A stretch of DNA of 64,000 nucleotides. Source: Clostridia bacterium (GTDB taxonomy: Bacteria > Bacillota > Clostridia > UMGS1810). The notes beneath the pieces were generated by a model. That model was not told the DNA's origin. It made no database searches and worked only from the letters and a program-made list of their open reading frames with translations. The stretch's first letter is position 1; every line of letters begins with the position of its first letter. Made by a program: the position numbers and the translations under genes. This document shows, in pieces, positions 1 through 10,294 of this stretch. The DNA is taken from NCBI GenBank assembly GCA_045540815.1, contig JAZQHY010000040.1:8539-72538 (forward strand), in the 5' to 3' direction.

Positions 1-770
1 AAGCTGAAAAATACAAGCGTGAGATAAAAGAACTTAAGGACGAGCTTGCACACAGAAACGAAAAGTTAAAGGAAAAGACCGACAGAATACTTGAAAATGC
101 GCATGCTGAGGCGAAGAAAATCCTTGAAAGTGCAAAGGAAAGCTCGGAAGAGATTATTGCCGATGCTAAGCGAGTAAGGAAAATAAAGTCGGAAAAAGAG
201 GCAAATGCCGCTATTGAAAAGGCGCGCCGTGATATAAACGCAAAAATCAAAACCGAAGCAGACGCGGTAAGTAAAAAACTATTTGAAACACCGAAAAACG
301 CCAAAGCTCCAAAATCGGTTATGCTGGGTGAAACGGTAGAGATAGTAAACCTAAAACAGCGCGGAACGGTGCTAACTCTTCCAAATTCCAAAGGCGATTT
401 ACAGGTAAGAGTGGGCATAATGAACGTAAAAACCAACCTTCAAAGCATACGTGTGATAGAAGAGCTTGCACCAAAGAAACCAAATAAGAAAAGAGCATCG
501 GCAGACGCTATGGGCAAGACATTAAGCGTTGGAAGTGAGCTTGATGTAAGAGGTCAGAACGTTGAGGATGCTATCTATATGATAGAGAAATTTTTAGACG
601 ATGCACTTATGTCATCGCTCGGTCAGGTGAGAATTATCCACGGCAAAGGCACAGGAGTGCTTAGAAGCGGCATTCACTCCTTCCTTCGCAAGCAAAAGTG
701 CGTAAAAGCATTTAGACTTGGTGTGTTTGGCGAAGGCGACACAGGTGTAACTGTGGTAGAACTGAAATAA
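1..770 (+). CDS. mutS2: Endonuclease MutS2, C-terminal part (5' end lies upstream of the window)
   Basis: Frame 3 is open from nt 3. A K/E-rich coiled coil is followed by an Smr domain (LDVRGQNVEDA...IIHGKGTGVLR). Stop TAA at 768-770. Confidence 0.85.
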   Translation, partial: AEKYKREIKELKDELAHRNEKLKEKTDRILENAHAEAKKILESAKESSEEIIADAKRVRKIKSEKEANAAIEKARRDINAKIKTEADAVSKKLFETPKNAKAPKSVMLGETVEIVNLKQRGTVLTLPNSKGDLQVRVGIMNVKTNLQSIRVIEELAPKKPNKKRASADAMGKTLSVGSELDVRGQNVEDAIYMIEKFLDDALMSSLGQVRIIHGKGTGVLRSGIHSFLRKQKCVKAFRLGVFGEGDTGVTVVELK

Positions 771-823
771 TTTAATGTAAATACTTTACAATACAAACAA
801 AAAGTGCTAGAATAATCTAAAAT

Positions 824-918
824 GCAGAGCAGGTATTGCGCGTTAAGTGTTAAAGAATGGGAGTATAGTCTTTAAACGAAGAGCCTTCGGGCTTGCGGTG
901 TAATGCTTCATCCGCTGT
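824..918 (+). promoter_or_regulatory. THF (tetrahydrofolate) riboswitch, folT-type
   Basis: Blocks GCGCGTTAAGTG..GAATGGGA..ACGAAG..GCGGTGTAATG..CATCCGCT match the remembered THF-I riboswitch core. It sits 70 nt upstream of a folate-type S-component gene and is followed by a GCTGTTA/TAACAGC hairpin. Confidence 0.75.
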
Positions 919-987
919 TAAAATTTAAAATTTAATTTTTTATTCTAACAGCCCCTGCTAAATTTATTTTTAGAAAGGGGTATTTTT

Positions 988-1755
988 ATGACAAAAAATA
1001 CTGCACTTAAGAAAACTATTCAAACAGGTCTAATCATTGCTATGGCGCTTGTGCTAAGGCAATTTGGCTATATGGTGATGATGGGCGGAGGCACGGGTAT
1101 GAGGATAAGCCCTGCGATATTTATATCACGCTTTCCTGCGGTGCTTTTCGGTCCCGTTTACGGCGGAATTACATCGGGTCTTATAGACATACTTGGTATG
1201 ATTATAAAGCCTGAGGGCGCGTGGATACCGATGCTTACTCTATCTGCGATAATTGGCGGTGTACTGGCGGGGCTAATGTGGAAGGCGGTCAAAAACGCAA
1301 ACACACGCATACTAAGAAAAACAATTCTTCTTATATTTGTGCTTGTCGGTGTACTCGGATTGGCGCTTCACGTTACTGTATCCTTCTTTGAAACAAGCGC
1401 GATTGGACAGTTTTTATCATCGCTTAAGAAAATATCCTTCTGGACAGTCGGCTTTGAGATAATATCTGTTACAGGACTTTTGATACTTGTATTGGAATAT
1501 ATCTTAAGACGAAAAAACAGCGTGTATTTTGGCGATAATTTTATAAAGCTGTTTGCCGCAATGCTTACTGCAAACGTGTTTGTAACCACGGTAAACACAT
1601 TTGTGCTAATGCATTTTATTCCCGCTGTAGCAAAGTCTGGTTTCTGGATTTTCTATGTGCCAAGGCTTACTGAAGAGGTAATTTCAACAATTTTACAATG
1701 TTTTGTTATGTCTTACCTTTTAAAATTGTACAATAATACAGTAAAAAACGGTTGA
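988..1755 (+). CDS. folT: ECF-transporter S-component-like membrane protein, probably folate family
   Basis: 255-aa polytopic membrane protein with an S-component-like N-terminus (KKTIQTGLIIAMALVL). RBS AAAGGGG. Lies directly downstream of the THF riboswitch. Confidence 0.55.
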   Translation: MTKNTALKKTIQTGLIIAMALVLRQFGYMVMMGGGTGMRISPAIFISRFPAVLFGPVYGGITSGLIDILGMIIKPEGAWIPMLTLSAIIGGVLAGLMWKAVKNANTRILRKTILLIFVLVGVLGLALHVTVSFFETSAIGQFLSSLKKISFWTVGFEIISVTGLLILVLEYILRRKNSVYFGDNFIKLFAAMLTANVFVTTVNTFVLMHFIPAVAKSGFWIFYVPRLTEEVISTILQCFVMSYLLKLYNNTVKNG

Positions 1756-1780
1756 CAAACAAAATAAATTGGTATATAAT
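1752..1780 (+). promoter_or_regulatory. SigmaA-type promoter of rpmH
   Basis: TTGACA (1752-1757), 17-nt spacer, TATAAT (1775-1780). Confidence 0.6.
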
Positions 1781-1884
1781 ATACTCTGATTTATCTGTGT
1801 TGTCAGATAATAATACAAAATAGTAATTAAAAAGTTTGTGCTTTTTTAGTTATATTTGCAATTTGTTAAGGAGGTGTATTCACG

Positions 1885-2019
1885 ATGAAAAGAACATTTC
1901 AACCAAATGTAAGACACAGAAGCAAAGTGCATGGTTTTAGAAAAAGAATGAGCACCAGTAATGGAAGAAAAGTTTTAAGTCGCAGAAGATTAAAAGGCAG
2001 AAAGTTGTTGTCTGCATAA
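1885..2019 (+). CDS. rpmH: 50S ribosomal protein L34 (not in the ORF track, 44 aa)
   Basis: Translates to [54 protein letters not shown] lies upstream. Confidence 0.95.
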   Translation: MKRTFQPNVRHRSKVHGFRKRMSTSNGRKVLSRRRLKGRKLLSA

Positions 2020-2049
2020 TTTTTGACTAAAAAATTTAATCAGTTCATG

Positions 2050-2079
2050 AAAAGGCCACACTTTTTGTGGTCTTTTTTA
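2050..2079 (+). terminator. Intrinsic terminator/attenuator between rpmH and rnpA
   Basis: AAAAGGCCACA-CTTTT-TGTGGTCTTTT hairpin followed by a T-run. Confidence 0.6.
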
Positions 2080-2138
2080 AAACTATGGCGTTTGTGACGG
2101 TACATAAGTTTTTTGTCAAATCTACGAGGTGCGTTTTA

Positions 2139-2483
2139 TTGAAAAATACCATTAAGGAAAACAGAGATTTCAGGTTTGCATATAAAAGGGGCAAGAAGAT
2201 TGTAACCCCGTATATCGTTATGCATTATTATAAAAACCGCACCGATACCACCAAAATAGGTATCACAGTATCCACAACTGTTGGCAAGGCGCACGTAAGA
2301 AACCGCGTAAAAAGGCTGGTAAGAGAGGCTTATCGGATGTATTCGGAAGGTGTGCCAAACGGCTACAACATAGTGTGGGTATCCAGAAGTAAAACGGCTT
2401 TTTCATCATTTGAAGATGTGAGAAAAAGCGTTTATTCCTGCCTTTTAGAGTCAGGACTTTTAAAAGATGACAAAAAAGGCTAA
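2139..2483 (+). CDS. rnpA: Ribonuclease P protein component
   Basis: KNTIKENRDFRFAYKRGKK... follows rpmH. A TTG start at 2139 lies behind GAGGTG and gives 114 aa. The ORF-track extension from 2067 overlaps the terminator. Confidence 0.85.
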   Translation: MKNTIKENRDFRFAYKRGKKIVTPYIVMHYYKNRTDTTKIGITVSTTVGKAHVRNRVKRLVREAYRMYSEGVPNGYNIVWVSRSKTAFSSFEDVRKSVYSCLLESGLLKDDKKG

Positions 2484-2492
2484 GATTTAAAT

Positions 2493-2702
2493 ATGAAAAT
2501 AATTTTTATAGCTATTATAAAATTTTATAGAAAGTATATTTCGCCTTATAAAAAGCCGTGTTGCAGGTTTTATCCGACTTGCTCGGAGTATGCACTTTTG
2601 GCTTTCCAAAAGTACGGATGTATAAAAGGCGGATATTTAGCAGTTAAGCGAATACTTAAATGCCACCCGTTTCATTCGGGCGGTTACGACCCACTAGATT
2701 AA
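2493..2702 (+). CDS. yidD: Membrane protein insertion efficiency factor YidD
   Basis: 69 aa with [23 protein letters not shown]...[10 protein letters not shown]. Confidence 0.9.
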   Translation: MKIIFIAIIKFYRKYISPYKKPCCRFYPTCSEYALLAFQKYGCIKGGYLAVKRILKCHPFHSGGYDPLD

Positions 2703-2739
2703 GCTTGAATTTTTGGCTTATCAAACAGGAGGAATATAA

Positions 2740-3645
2740 ATGAGCATATTATACAGAGCATTTGGATGGCTACTTAATTTTATATATGGATTTGTATCTA
2801 ACTACGGCTTAAGCATAATCCTTTTCACTATCCTTACAAAGGTTATACTTTTCCCATTAAGCTTAAAACAACAAAAGTCTATGGTAAAGATGCAGCAGGT
2901 TCAGCCGCGACTTAAAGAGATACAGGAAAAATATAAATCTGACCAGCAGCGTCAGAGCGAGGAAATGATGAAGCTATATAAAGAGCACGGCGTAAACCCT
3001 ATGGGCGGTTGTCTTCCACTACTCATTCAGCTTCCTATACTTCTTGCGCTATATCGCGTAATGTATCAGCCGCTTACTTATATGCTTGGCTATGGTGCTG
3101 ATAAAATCGGAGAGCTTGCCGAAAAATTTGGTATTGCTATGGACAATGCCAGAATGGCGGAAATAGCTATTGCAAACGCGGGAAAGCTTATAGATTTCAG
3201 CTTCTTTGGGCTTGATTTATCGCTTAATCCTAGTATAATGGTACCTTCGCTTTTGTGGATTATACCTATCACAGCGGCGCTTACTACATTTTTGTCAAGC
3301 AAGGTAACTACTGCTATGAACAAAACTACTAAAACAGAAGAAGATGAAAAACCAAAGAGAGTTTTATCGGCAGAGCCAAGTCAAAACAAAGGCAATACCG
3401 ACAGCGCACAGAGTATGACAAAGTCGATGAACGTTATGATGCCTATTATGACACTTTGGATTACATTTACTGTTCCTGCGGCGCTAGGTCTATACTGGAC
3501 AATGTCAAACCTTATTTCTATGATTCAGCAGATTGTTCTAAATAAAATATACGGGCCAAAATTCAAAGAAGAAGTAGATGCTAAGGAAATGGAAAAAGAG
3601 CTTATCAGAAAAGAAAAATATAAATACAAGAAGAAAAAGAAATAA
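2740..3645 (+). CDS. yidC: YidC/Oxa1 family membrane insertase (SpoIIIJ-like)
   Basis: Conserved block FPLSLKQQKSMVKMQQVQP..YKEHGVNPMGGCLPLLIQLPIL, a basic C-tail, and synteny. Confidence 0.9.
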   Translation: MSILYRAFGWLLNFIYGFVSNYGLSIILFTILTKVILFPLSLKQQKSMVKMQQVQPRLKEIQEKYKSDQQRQSEEMMKLYKEHGVNPMGGCLPLLIQLPILLALYRVMYQPLTYMLGYGADKIGELAEKFGIAMDNARMAEIAIANAGKLIDFSFFGLDLSLNPSIMVPSLLWIIPITAALTTFLSSKVTTAMNKTTKTEEDEKPKRVLSAEPSQNKGNTDSAQSMTKSMNVMMPIMTLWITFTVPAALGLYWTMSNLISMIQQIVLNKIYGPKFKEEVDAKEMEKELIRKEKYKYKKKKK

Positions 3646-3680
3646 AAATTTTATATAAAACCAAAAACGGGGGTATCTTA

Positions 3681-4307
3681 ATGCGCACATTAGAAAAAAC
3701 AGCTAAAACAGTTGACGCGGCAGTAGAAATGGCACTTTTAGAGCTTGGTGCTGAAAAAGAAAACGTAGAGATTGAAGTGCTTGAAGAAGGCTCAAAAGGC
3801 TTTCTTGGTATAGGAAATAAAGATGCAAAAGTAAAAGTTACTGTAAAATATGACCCTAAGGGAGATGCGGTTGATTTTCTTGAAAACTTATTTAAATATG
3901 CAAATGAAGATGTTACTGTAGCTGCACACCTTGACGGAAATAAGCTAAACATCGACCTTTCAGGTCCTGATATGGGTGTGGTAATAGGTAAAAGAGGCGA
4001 AACACTAGACGCTATACAGCATCTTACAAGCCTTGCAGTAAACAAGGGTGAAGGTGAGTTTGTAAAGGTTTCGGTTGATAGTGAAAACTACCGTGAAAAG
4101 AGAAACAAAACACTTGAATCACTTAGCAGAAAGCTTGCTGCAAAGGTTATAAGAACAGGCAGAAACGTTACTCTTGAGCCAATGAATTCATATGAAAGAA
4201 GAGTTATTCATTCAACACTTCAGGGCGAAGAATTTGTTACAACATATTCTGTAGGTCAGGCACCAAACAGAAAGGTTGTAATAGCTTACAAGAAAAACGA
4301 AGAATAA
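3681..4307 (+). CDS. jag: Jag/KhpB RNA-binding protein (Jag_N, KH, R3H)
   Basis: KH-like GKRGETLDAIQHL and R3H-like EPMNSYERRVIHS. Lies downstream of yidC. Confidence 0.85.
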   Translation: MRTLEKTAKTVDAAVEMALLELGAEKENVEIEVLEEGSKGFLGIGNKDAKVKVTVKYDPKGDAVDFLENLFKYANEDVTVAAHLDGNKLNIDLSGPDMGVVIGKRGETLDAIQHLTSLAVNKGEGEFVKVSVDSENYREKRNKTLESLSRKLAAKVIRTGRNVTLEPMNSYERRVIHSTLQGEEFVTTYSVGQAPNRKVVIAYKKNEE

Positions 4308-4319
4308 TATAAAAACAAT

Positions 4320-4345
4320 AGAGCTGTGAAAACGCAGCTCTTTTG
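4320..4345 (+). terminator. Intrinsic terminator after jag
   Basis: GAGCTG/CAGCTC stem plus TTTTG. Confidence 0.5.
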
Positions 4346-4380
4346 TGATTTATCAGTATTTTTTGAAAGGAGATACGTGT

Positions 4381-5754
4381 ATGAATCCACTAAGTACAAT
4401 TGCGGCTATATCCACACCTTACGGCAGCGGCGGTATATCGGTTATAAGGGTTAGCGGTGATAAGGCGATAGACATTTGCGACAAGATTTATAAAAACAAA
4501 AATAAGTCGCTCTCTACAGTTCCAACTCACACTATAAATTACGGATTTATTAAAGATGCAGACGGAAACACCATCGACGAAGTTCTTGTGTCTGTTATGA
4601 AAAAACCAAATTCATACACAGGCGAGGACGTTGTCGAGATAAACTGCCACGGCGGTATTATATCTACAAATAAAATACTTGAACAAGTGCTATTAAATGG
4701 CGCTGAGCTTGCTTCTCCTGGAGAATTTACAAAAAGGGCATTTTTAAACGGGCGAATAGACCTTGTAAAAGCGGAGTCTGTTATAGATATTATAAATTCC
4801 AAAACCGACCTAGAACACAATGTGTCGGTAAATCAGCTTGAAGGAAGACTTTCTAAAAAGATTGATGAACTAAGGCAAAAGCTTTTGGCGTTACTTGCGC
4901 ACGTTCAGGTGCTTGTGGACTATCCCGAAGAGGATTTAGAGCCACTTACAGATGACGAGTACACAGGGGTACTTAAAGATTGCCTTTGTGATATAGAAAA
5001 GCTTCTTGAAACGTCAAAACAAGGTAAAATCATTCGCGAAGGTGTAAAAACCGCTATTGTCGGCAAGCCGAACGTTGGTAAATCGTCGCTTTTAAATCTA
5101 CTCTACGGCGATGAAAGGGCGATAGTTACGGATATTGCTGGTACTACTCGTGATACCATTGAGGAGTATATAACTGTCGGCGATGTTATGCTTAAAGTTA
5201 TAGATACCGCGGGCATACACGAAACTGACGATGTGATAGAAAACATCGGTGTGGACAAGTCCAGAAAGGCTATAGAAAGCTCCGACCTTATCGTGTTTGT
5301 GCTTGATGCGTCAGCTGGTTTTGACACAGAAGATGAAGAAATAGCAAATCTTGTATCAGGCAGAAACCCGATAGTTCTTATAAATAAATCGGACACAGGA
5401 AGCAATATTGACAAAGATATGGTTAAAGACAGATTTGATACCATTATCGAGTTTTCAGTTAAAAACGAAACAGGTCTTGACGCACTTAAATCGGTTATAA
5501 AAGAAAGATTTGATATGGGAAAAGTCGACCTTGCGTCAGGCTCGGTTATCACAAACGTGCGACACCGAGATGCGCTTGCAAAGGCGCGCGAGAGCGTTAA
5601 ATCAGCGCTTGACAGCGTAAATATGGGACTTGAGTTAAATCTTACATTTATTGATATAGAGGACGCCATAGGAAGACTTGGCGAGATAGTAGGTCTTACA
5701 GTTGGCGAAGAGGTTGTGGACAGGATATTCCACAATTTCTGCTTGGGTAAATAA
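4381..5754 (+). CDS. mnmE: tRNA modification GTPase MnmE
   Basis: [22 protein letters not shown]1 motif [10 protein letters not shown]-terminal FCLGK. The ATG at 4381 follows an AGGAG RBS. Confidence 0.95.
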   Translation: MNPLSTIAAISTPYGSGGISVIRVSGDKAIDICDKIYKNKNKSLSTVPTHTINYGFIKDADGNTIDEVLVSVMKKPNSYTGEDVVEINCHGGIISTNKILEQVLLNGAELASPGEFTKRAFLNGRIDLVKAESVIDIINSKTDLEHNVSVNQLEGRLSKKIDELRQKLLALLAHVQVLVDYPEEDLEPLTDDEYTGVLKDCLCDIEKLLETSKQGKIIREGVKTAIVGKPNVGKSSLLNLLYGDERAIVTDIAGTTRDTIEEYITVGDVMLKVIDTAGIHETDDVIENIGVDKSRKAIESSDLIVFVLDASAGFDTEDEEIANLVSGRNPIVLINKSDTGSNIDKDMVKDRFDTIIEFSVKNETGLDALKSVIKERFDMGKVDLASGSVITNVRHRDALAKARESVKSALDSVNMGLELNLTFIDIEDAIGRLGEIVGLTVGEEVVDRIFHNFCLGK

Positions 5755-5768
5755 AAAGGGAGGTTATT

Positions 5769-7634
5769 ATGCAGGAGTATTTGGCAGGAAATTATGACGT
5801 TGTCGTTGTAGGCGGCGGTCACGCAGGATGCGAGGCGGCGCTGGCATGTGCCAGAATGGGCGTGAAAACGATAATGTTTGCTATAAATTTAGACAGCATT
5901 GCAAATATGGCGTGCAACCCTTGTATAGGCGGTACAGCAAAGGGACATTTGGTGCGCGAGATAGACGCACTTGGCGGTGAAATGGGTAAAAACGCCGACA
6001 AGACATTCATTCAGTCGCGAATACTAAACAAGGGCAAAGGTCCTGCGGTGTATTCGCTTCGCGTGCAGTCGGACAGACGTGCATATCAGGAGCAAATGAA
6101 GAAAACTCTCGAACTTCAGGACAACCTTGACATAAAGCAGGCTGAAATAGTCGAAATAGGCTTTAATGAAGATAAAAGCGTCGCATCGGTGCTTACACAC
6201 ATTGGCGCAAGATATACTGCAAAGGCGGTTATCATAGCAACGGGTACATTTTTAAAGGGCAAGGTTATAATTGGCGACGTAGCTTACGAGAGCGGACCTG
6301 ACGGAATATTTCCTGCAAATTCGCTTTCGAAATGTCTTATCGATAATGGCATTGAGCTTATGCGTTTTAAAACGGGTACACCTGCGAGAGTTAATGCAAA
6401 AACTATTGATTTTAGCAAAATGGAAGTTCAGCTTGGTGACGAGGAAATCACACCATTTTCGTTTGAAACTACAGATGTAGGCGAAAACAAGGTGTGCTGT
6501 TACCTTACATACACAAATGCGACTACGCATCAGATAATAAAGGACAACCTTCACCGATCGCCTTTATACAGCGGAAAAATTGAGGGTATAGGACCAAGAT
6601 ACTGCCCTTCTATTGAGGACAAGATTGTCCGTTTCAGCGACAAAGAACGCCATCAGCTTTTTGTTGAGCCAATGGGACTTAATACAAACGAAATGTACAT
6701 TCAGGGCTTTTCGTCAAGCCTTCCTGAAGACGTGCAGATAAAGATGCTCCGTTCACTTCCCGGTATGGAAAATGCCGAGATGATGAGAACGGCTTACGCT
6801 ATAGAGTACGATTGTATAGACTCTACCAAGCTTTACGGAACGCTTGAGTTTAAGGATTATCCCGGACTTTATGGTGCTGGACAGTTCAATGGTAGCTCGG
6901 GTTACGAGGAGGCTGCGGCACAGGGTCTTATGGCAGGCATAAACGCCGCGCTTAAGATAAAGGGCAAAGAGCCTCTTATCCTTGATCGTTCACAAGCCTA
7001 TATAGGTACGCTTATAGACGACCTTACTGTAAAGGGCACAAACGAGCCGTACAGAATGATGACATCACGAAGTGAGTACAGACTCCTTCTCCGTCAGGAC
7101 AATGCCGATCTTCGATTAACCGATATTGGTCACGAAATAGGACTTATATCCGACGAAAGATATGCGTCTTTCTGTGAAAAAAGAGAGCTTATAGAAAAAG
7201 AGATTGCGCGTGTTAAAAAGGCTGTTGTACCACCGTCAAAAGCGGTTAACGAATTTTTGGAAAGCCATAACAGTTCGCCTTTATCTACAGGTGCAAAGCT
7301 TGCAGAGCTTATTAGACGACCAGAGCTTGACTACGAGATGCTTGGCGTGATAGACGAAAACAGACCTGAACTTGACAAATACGTGCGCGAGCAGGTGTAT
7401 ATACAGGTTAAATACGAGGGCTACATCACAAAGCAGATAGAACAGGTAGAGCATTTTAAAAAGCTTGAAAGCCGAAAGATACCTTCTGATATAGACTACA
7501 ATGCTATCGACGGACTTAGACTTGAGGCAAGGCAAAAGCTTACCGCTATAAAGCCTTCATCAATCGGTCAGGCGTCGAGAATATCAGGCGTATCTCCTGC
7601 CGATGTAAACGTGCTTTTAATATATCTTTCATAG
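5769..7634 (+). CDS. mnmG: tRNA uridine 5-carboxymethylaminomethyl modification enzyme MnmG
   Basis: [29 protein letters not shown], and synteny. Confidence 0.95.
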   Translation: MQEYLAGNYDVVVVGGGHAGCEAALACARMGVKTIMFAINLDSIANMACNPCIGGTAKGHLVREIDALGGEMGKNADKTFIQSRILNKGKGPAVYSLRVQSDRRAYQEQMKKTLELQDNLDIKQAEIVEIGFNEDKSVASVLTHIGARYTAKAVIIATGTFLKGKVIIGDVAYESGPDGIFPANSLSKCLIDNGIELMRFKTGTPARVNAKTIDFSKMEVQLGDEEITPFSFETTDVGENKVCCYLTYTNATTHQIIKDNLHRSPLYSGKIEGIGPRYCPSIEDKIVRFSDKERHQLFVEPMGLNTNEMYIQGFSSSLPEDVQIKMLRSLPGMENAEMMRTAYAIEYDCIDSTKLYGTLEFKDYPGLYGAGQFNGSSGYEEAAAQGLMAGINAALKIKGKEPLILDRSQAYIGTLIDDLTVKGTNEPYRMMTSRSEYRLLLRQDNADLRLTDIGHEIGLISDERYASFCEKRELIEKEIARVKKAVVPPSKAVNEFLESHNSSPLSTGAKLAELIRRPELDYEMLGVIDENRPELDKYVREQVYIQVKYEGYITKQIEQVEHFKKLESRKIPSDIDYNAIDGLRLEARQKLTAIKPSSIGQASRISGVSPADVNVLLIYLS

Positions 7635-7644
7635 GAGAATGTAT

Positions 7645-8337
7645 ATGAAAAATATTCTTGGAAATATACTTGATGATATTAAAATAGAAAAATTTCAAAA
7701 ATACTATGAGCTTTTGGTGGAATGGAATGAAAAGATAAACCTTACTGCTATTACCGAGAAAAAAGAAGTTGCTACAAAGCACTTTTTGGACTCGATACTT
7801 ATAACTGAGAGCGGTAAATTTACAAGCGGTGCAAAGGTTATAGACGTTGGAACAGGAGCGGGATTTCCTGGAATTCCGCTAAAAATCTTTGACGAGTCGC
7901 TAAATGTAATACTTATGGACTCGCTTGGAAAGAGAATAAATTTTTTAAACGAGGTTATAACTGAACTTTCGCTTGAAAATGTGGAAACTATCCACTCACG
8001 AGCAGAGGATTTGGGACAGGACAAAAACCACAGAGAACGCTACGACATTGCTGTGTCGCGTGCCGTGGCAAACCTTTCTACCCTATCCGAGCTTTGCCTT
8101 CCGTTTGTGAAGGTGGGCGGATATTTCATAAGCCTTAAAGGGCCGAATGTTGAAAATGAAATTGCCGACGCGAAAAAAGCTATAAAACTGCTTGGCGGTG
8201 AGATAGAGAACGTAGTAAACTATGATATCCCAGGCACTGATTTAAATCACAATATGGTTATCATAAAAAAGGTTTCCAGCACTTCGACAAAATATCCGCG
8301 AAAAGCACCAAAACCTGCAAAAGAACCCCTTAAATAA
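7645..8337 (+). CDS. rsmG: 16S rRNA (guanine527-N7)-methyltransferase RsmG
   Basis: WNEKINLTAI..HFLDS..DVGTGAGFPGIPLKI. The second ATG has proper RBS spacing. Confidence 0.9.
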   Translation: MKNILGNILDDIKIEKFQKYYELLVEWNEKINLTAITEKKEVATKHFLDSILITESGKFTSGAKVIDVGTGAGFPGIPLKIFDESLNVILMDSLGKRINFLNEVITELSLENVETIHSRAEDLGQDKNHRERYDIAVSRAVANLSTLSELCLPFVKVGGYFISLKGPNVENEIADAKKAIKLLGGEIENVVNYDIPGTDLNHNMVIIKKVSSTSTKYPRKAPKPAKEPLK

Positions 8338-8349
8338 AGGGGTTTTTAT
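8324..8349 (+). terminator. Intrinsic terminator overlapping the rsmG stop
   Basis: AACCCCT-TAAATAA-AGGGGTT followed by TTT. Confidence 0.5.
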
Positions 8350-8446
8350 CATTTTATAGGAGAATTTTTGGAACGATTTTGTTTGGAATTGATTTGCCCC
8401 AATGGTATAATTAAATTATAGAAAATACCAAAGAGGAGGGCTAAAT

Positions 8447-9280
8447 ATGATTGATGTTGTAAGTAAATTAAAGCCTCAAAGTACGCAGAAGGATAGCATA
8501 TTATACATACCTTGCGAAAACGTAAAACCAAACCCGTATCAGCCAAGACGACATTTTGACTCGGCATCTATAACCGAGCTTGGCGAGTCCATTAAAAAAT
8601 ATGGCGTTATTCAGCCTATATCGGTCAGAAAAATTCCAAACAGTTTTGATTACGAGCTTGTTGCAGGCGAGAGAAGGCTCAGAGCTTGCATAGAAATAGG
8701 ACTTGACAGAATACCTGCAATAGTGGTAAAGATAAACGATAACGACAGCGCAGTTATCGCCCTTATAGAAAATCTTCAAAGACAGGATTTGAATTTTTTA
8801 GAGGAAGCGGAGGCGTACCTGCACCTGATATCAGACCACGGTATGACACAGGAGGAGTTGTCGGCAAAAATAGGTAAAAGCCAGTCCGCAGTAGCAAACA
8901 AGCTTCGTGTACTTAAGCTTTCACCGATGATGCGAAAGCTGATTCTATCGCACAATTTAACCGAACGTCACGCTCGAGCGCTTTTAAGGCTTCCTGATGA
9001 TGACACGAGGATGATAGCGCTAAAAAAAGTGTGCGACAGTTCATTAACCGTCAAGGAAACGGAGCACCTTGTAGATGCAATGCTTTCATCTATCGACAAG
9101 GAGAAAAAGGAAACAAAGGGTACATATGTGCTTAAAGATGTGCGAATATTTTTGAACACTATAAAACGAGCGATAAGCGTTATGAAAAATTCAGGTATTG
9201 ATGCGATGAGTTATCAAAATGAGTCAGAGCAATACTATGAATATGTAGTAAGGATACCTAAAGCAAGCGCAGAAAAATAA
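8447..9280 (+). CDS. noc: ParB-family nucleoid occlusion protein (Noc-like)
   Basis: ParB box GERRLRA and LIENLQRQDL. The C-terminus (RIFLNTIKRAISVMKNSGI...YEYVVRIPK) resembles the Bacillus Noc tail. Follows rsmG. Confidence 0.75.
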   Translation: MIDVVSKLKPQSTQKDSILYIPCENVKPNPYQPRRHFDSASITELGESIKKYGVIQPISVRKIPNSFDYELVAGERRLRACIEIGLDRIPAIVVKINDNDSAVIALIENLQRQDLNFLEEAEAYLHLISDHGMTQEELSAKIGKSQSAVANKLRVLKLSPMMRKLILSHNLTERHARALLRLPDDDTRMIALKKVCDSSLTVKETEHLVDAMLSSIDKEKKETKGTYVLKDVRIFLNTIKRAISVMKNSGIDAMSYQNESEQYYEYVVRIPKASAEK

Positions 9281-9282
9281 AA

Positions 9283-9310
9283 AATGAGGTGTAAATATTT
9301 ACACCTCATT
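9283..9310. terminator. Bidirectional terminator between noc and the arsR-family gene
   Basis: Perfect 28-nt palindrome AATGAGGTGTAAAT|ATTTACACCTCATT. Confidence 0.7.
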
Positions 9311-9317
9311 GTCATTG

Positions 9318-9698
9318 TTAATCAATAAAAGTAACCATCTTAGTCCAGCTGTCGTCATCATCTGCATCAGACATTTCTATGTTTTCTTTGACAGGCTGAG
9401 CCTTGTTTTCTACAGGCTTTGGAACTGTTGCACTGCGGTATTCATCTAATAGCTTTGATGCTGTGTTAATGCCGTCGTCGGATACTGAATAAAGCGTCAT
9501 TTTGCCTGATTTTCGTTGGGATATTATACCGCTTTCGCATAAAATCTTCATATGGTGGGAAAGCGTAGATTGCACTATGCCGACATTTTTTAAAATGTCA
9601 TTTGCACACATCTCGCCTTTTTTTAAAAGTTCGATTATTTCAAGTCTGTTCTCATCGCAAAATGCTTTGAAAACACGTGCTGCATCTTCTCTTTTCAA
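9318..9698 (-). CDS. ArsR/SmtB-family transcriptional regulator with an acidic C-terminal tail
   Basis: FKAFCDENRLEIIELL..CANDI..VQSTLSHHMKIL winged-HTH pattern. Tail SDADDDDSW. Confidence 0.8.
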   Translation of the reverse strand: MKREDAARVFKAFCDENRLEIIELLKKGEMCANDILKNVGIVQSTLSHHMKILCESGIISQRKSGKMTLYSVSDDGINTASKLLDEYRSATVPKPVENKAQPVKENIEMSDADDDDSWTKMVTFID

Positions 9699-9898
9699 GG
9701 TTGGACACCTCCATACAAAACGATATTTATCGATATGTTATATTTTACACTAATAGAAAATTTTTGTCAAATTTTGATGTATAATTATAGTTAAAAGTGG
9801 AAATAATGTATGTTGACAAAGTGTGTATGCATAGTATAAAATATAAAAGCGGTTAGAGTGACACTGCCGAATCTTTGGCAGTGACACCTTGAAAATAC

Positions 9899-10247
9899 GG
9901 GGGCGCAATGGTTTCGACGGGGATGTTGAAGCCGGAGGAGCGAGTAGTTGCAGAGACAACTATAAAACTCTAAACTTTAAAATTAAACGCTAACGATAAT
10001 TTAGCTTACGCTGCCTAATTAACGGCAGCCGTTCTTACTCAGGCTACCGCACCTGAGATAAGAGCGTCATCTTCGCGGTGAACGTGAGCAGGTAAAGTTT
10101 TGAGCCTGCCATGAATAATGAAACTACCAAGCATTAGAGTTTGTTTGTGGACTCTACTGTGAGGGAAATTGTGACCACAAACTACACTCGTAGCGCCTTG
10201 GGTGAATAGATTTTCGGACAGGAGTTCGATTCTCCTCGCCTCCACCA
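9899..10247 (+). ncRNA. ssrA: tmRNA (SsrA), tag reading frame 9989-10018
   Basis: 5' GGGGGCGCAATGGTTTCGACGGGG and 3' GGAGTTCGATTCTCCTCGCCTCCACCA. The internal ORF GCT AAC GAT AAT TTA GCT TAC GCT GCC TAA encodes ANDNLAYAA. Confidence 0.95.
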
Positions 10248-10250
10248 AAA

Positions 10251-10284
10251 AATATCACAGGCTTTTGCCTGTGATATTTTTTTA
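10251..10284 (+). terminator. tmRNA terminator
   Basis: AATATCACAGGC-TTTT-GCCTGTGATATT followed by a T-run. Confidence 0.85.
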
Positions 10285-10294
10285 TTAGATAAGA

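Noticed and set aside
1756-1884. Possible oriC or DnaA-box cluster upstream of rpmH.
   Set aside because: Only weak partial matches are present here (for example TTATCTGTG, 5/9). Across the window, 8/9 DnaA-box matches are isolated and lie inside coding regions (near 633, 3251 and 59461). dnaA is not adjacent.
5103-5822. 239-aa minus-strand ORF. Similar long antisense ORFs occur at 3605-4045, 24422-24895, 32242-32658, 38216-38770, 47977-48405 and 49330-49809.
   Set aside because: Each is fully antisense to a well-supported conserved gene. Their Ser/Ile/Pro-rich low-complexity translations are typical of shadow frames, and none has an RBS.
10039-10248. 69-aa minus-strand ORF.
   Set aside because: It lies entirely inside the tmRNA gene on the opposite strand, has no RBS, and its composition reflects structured RNA.
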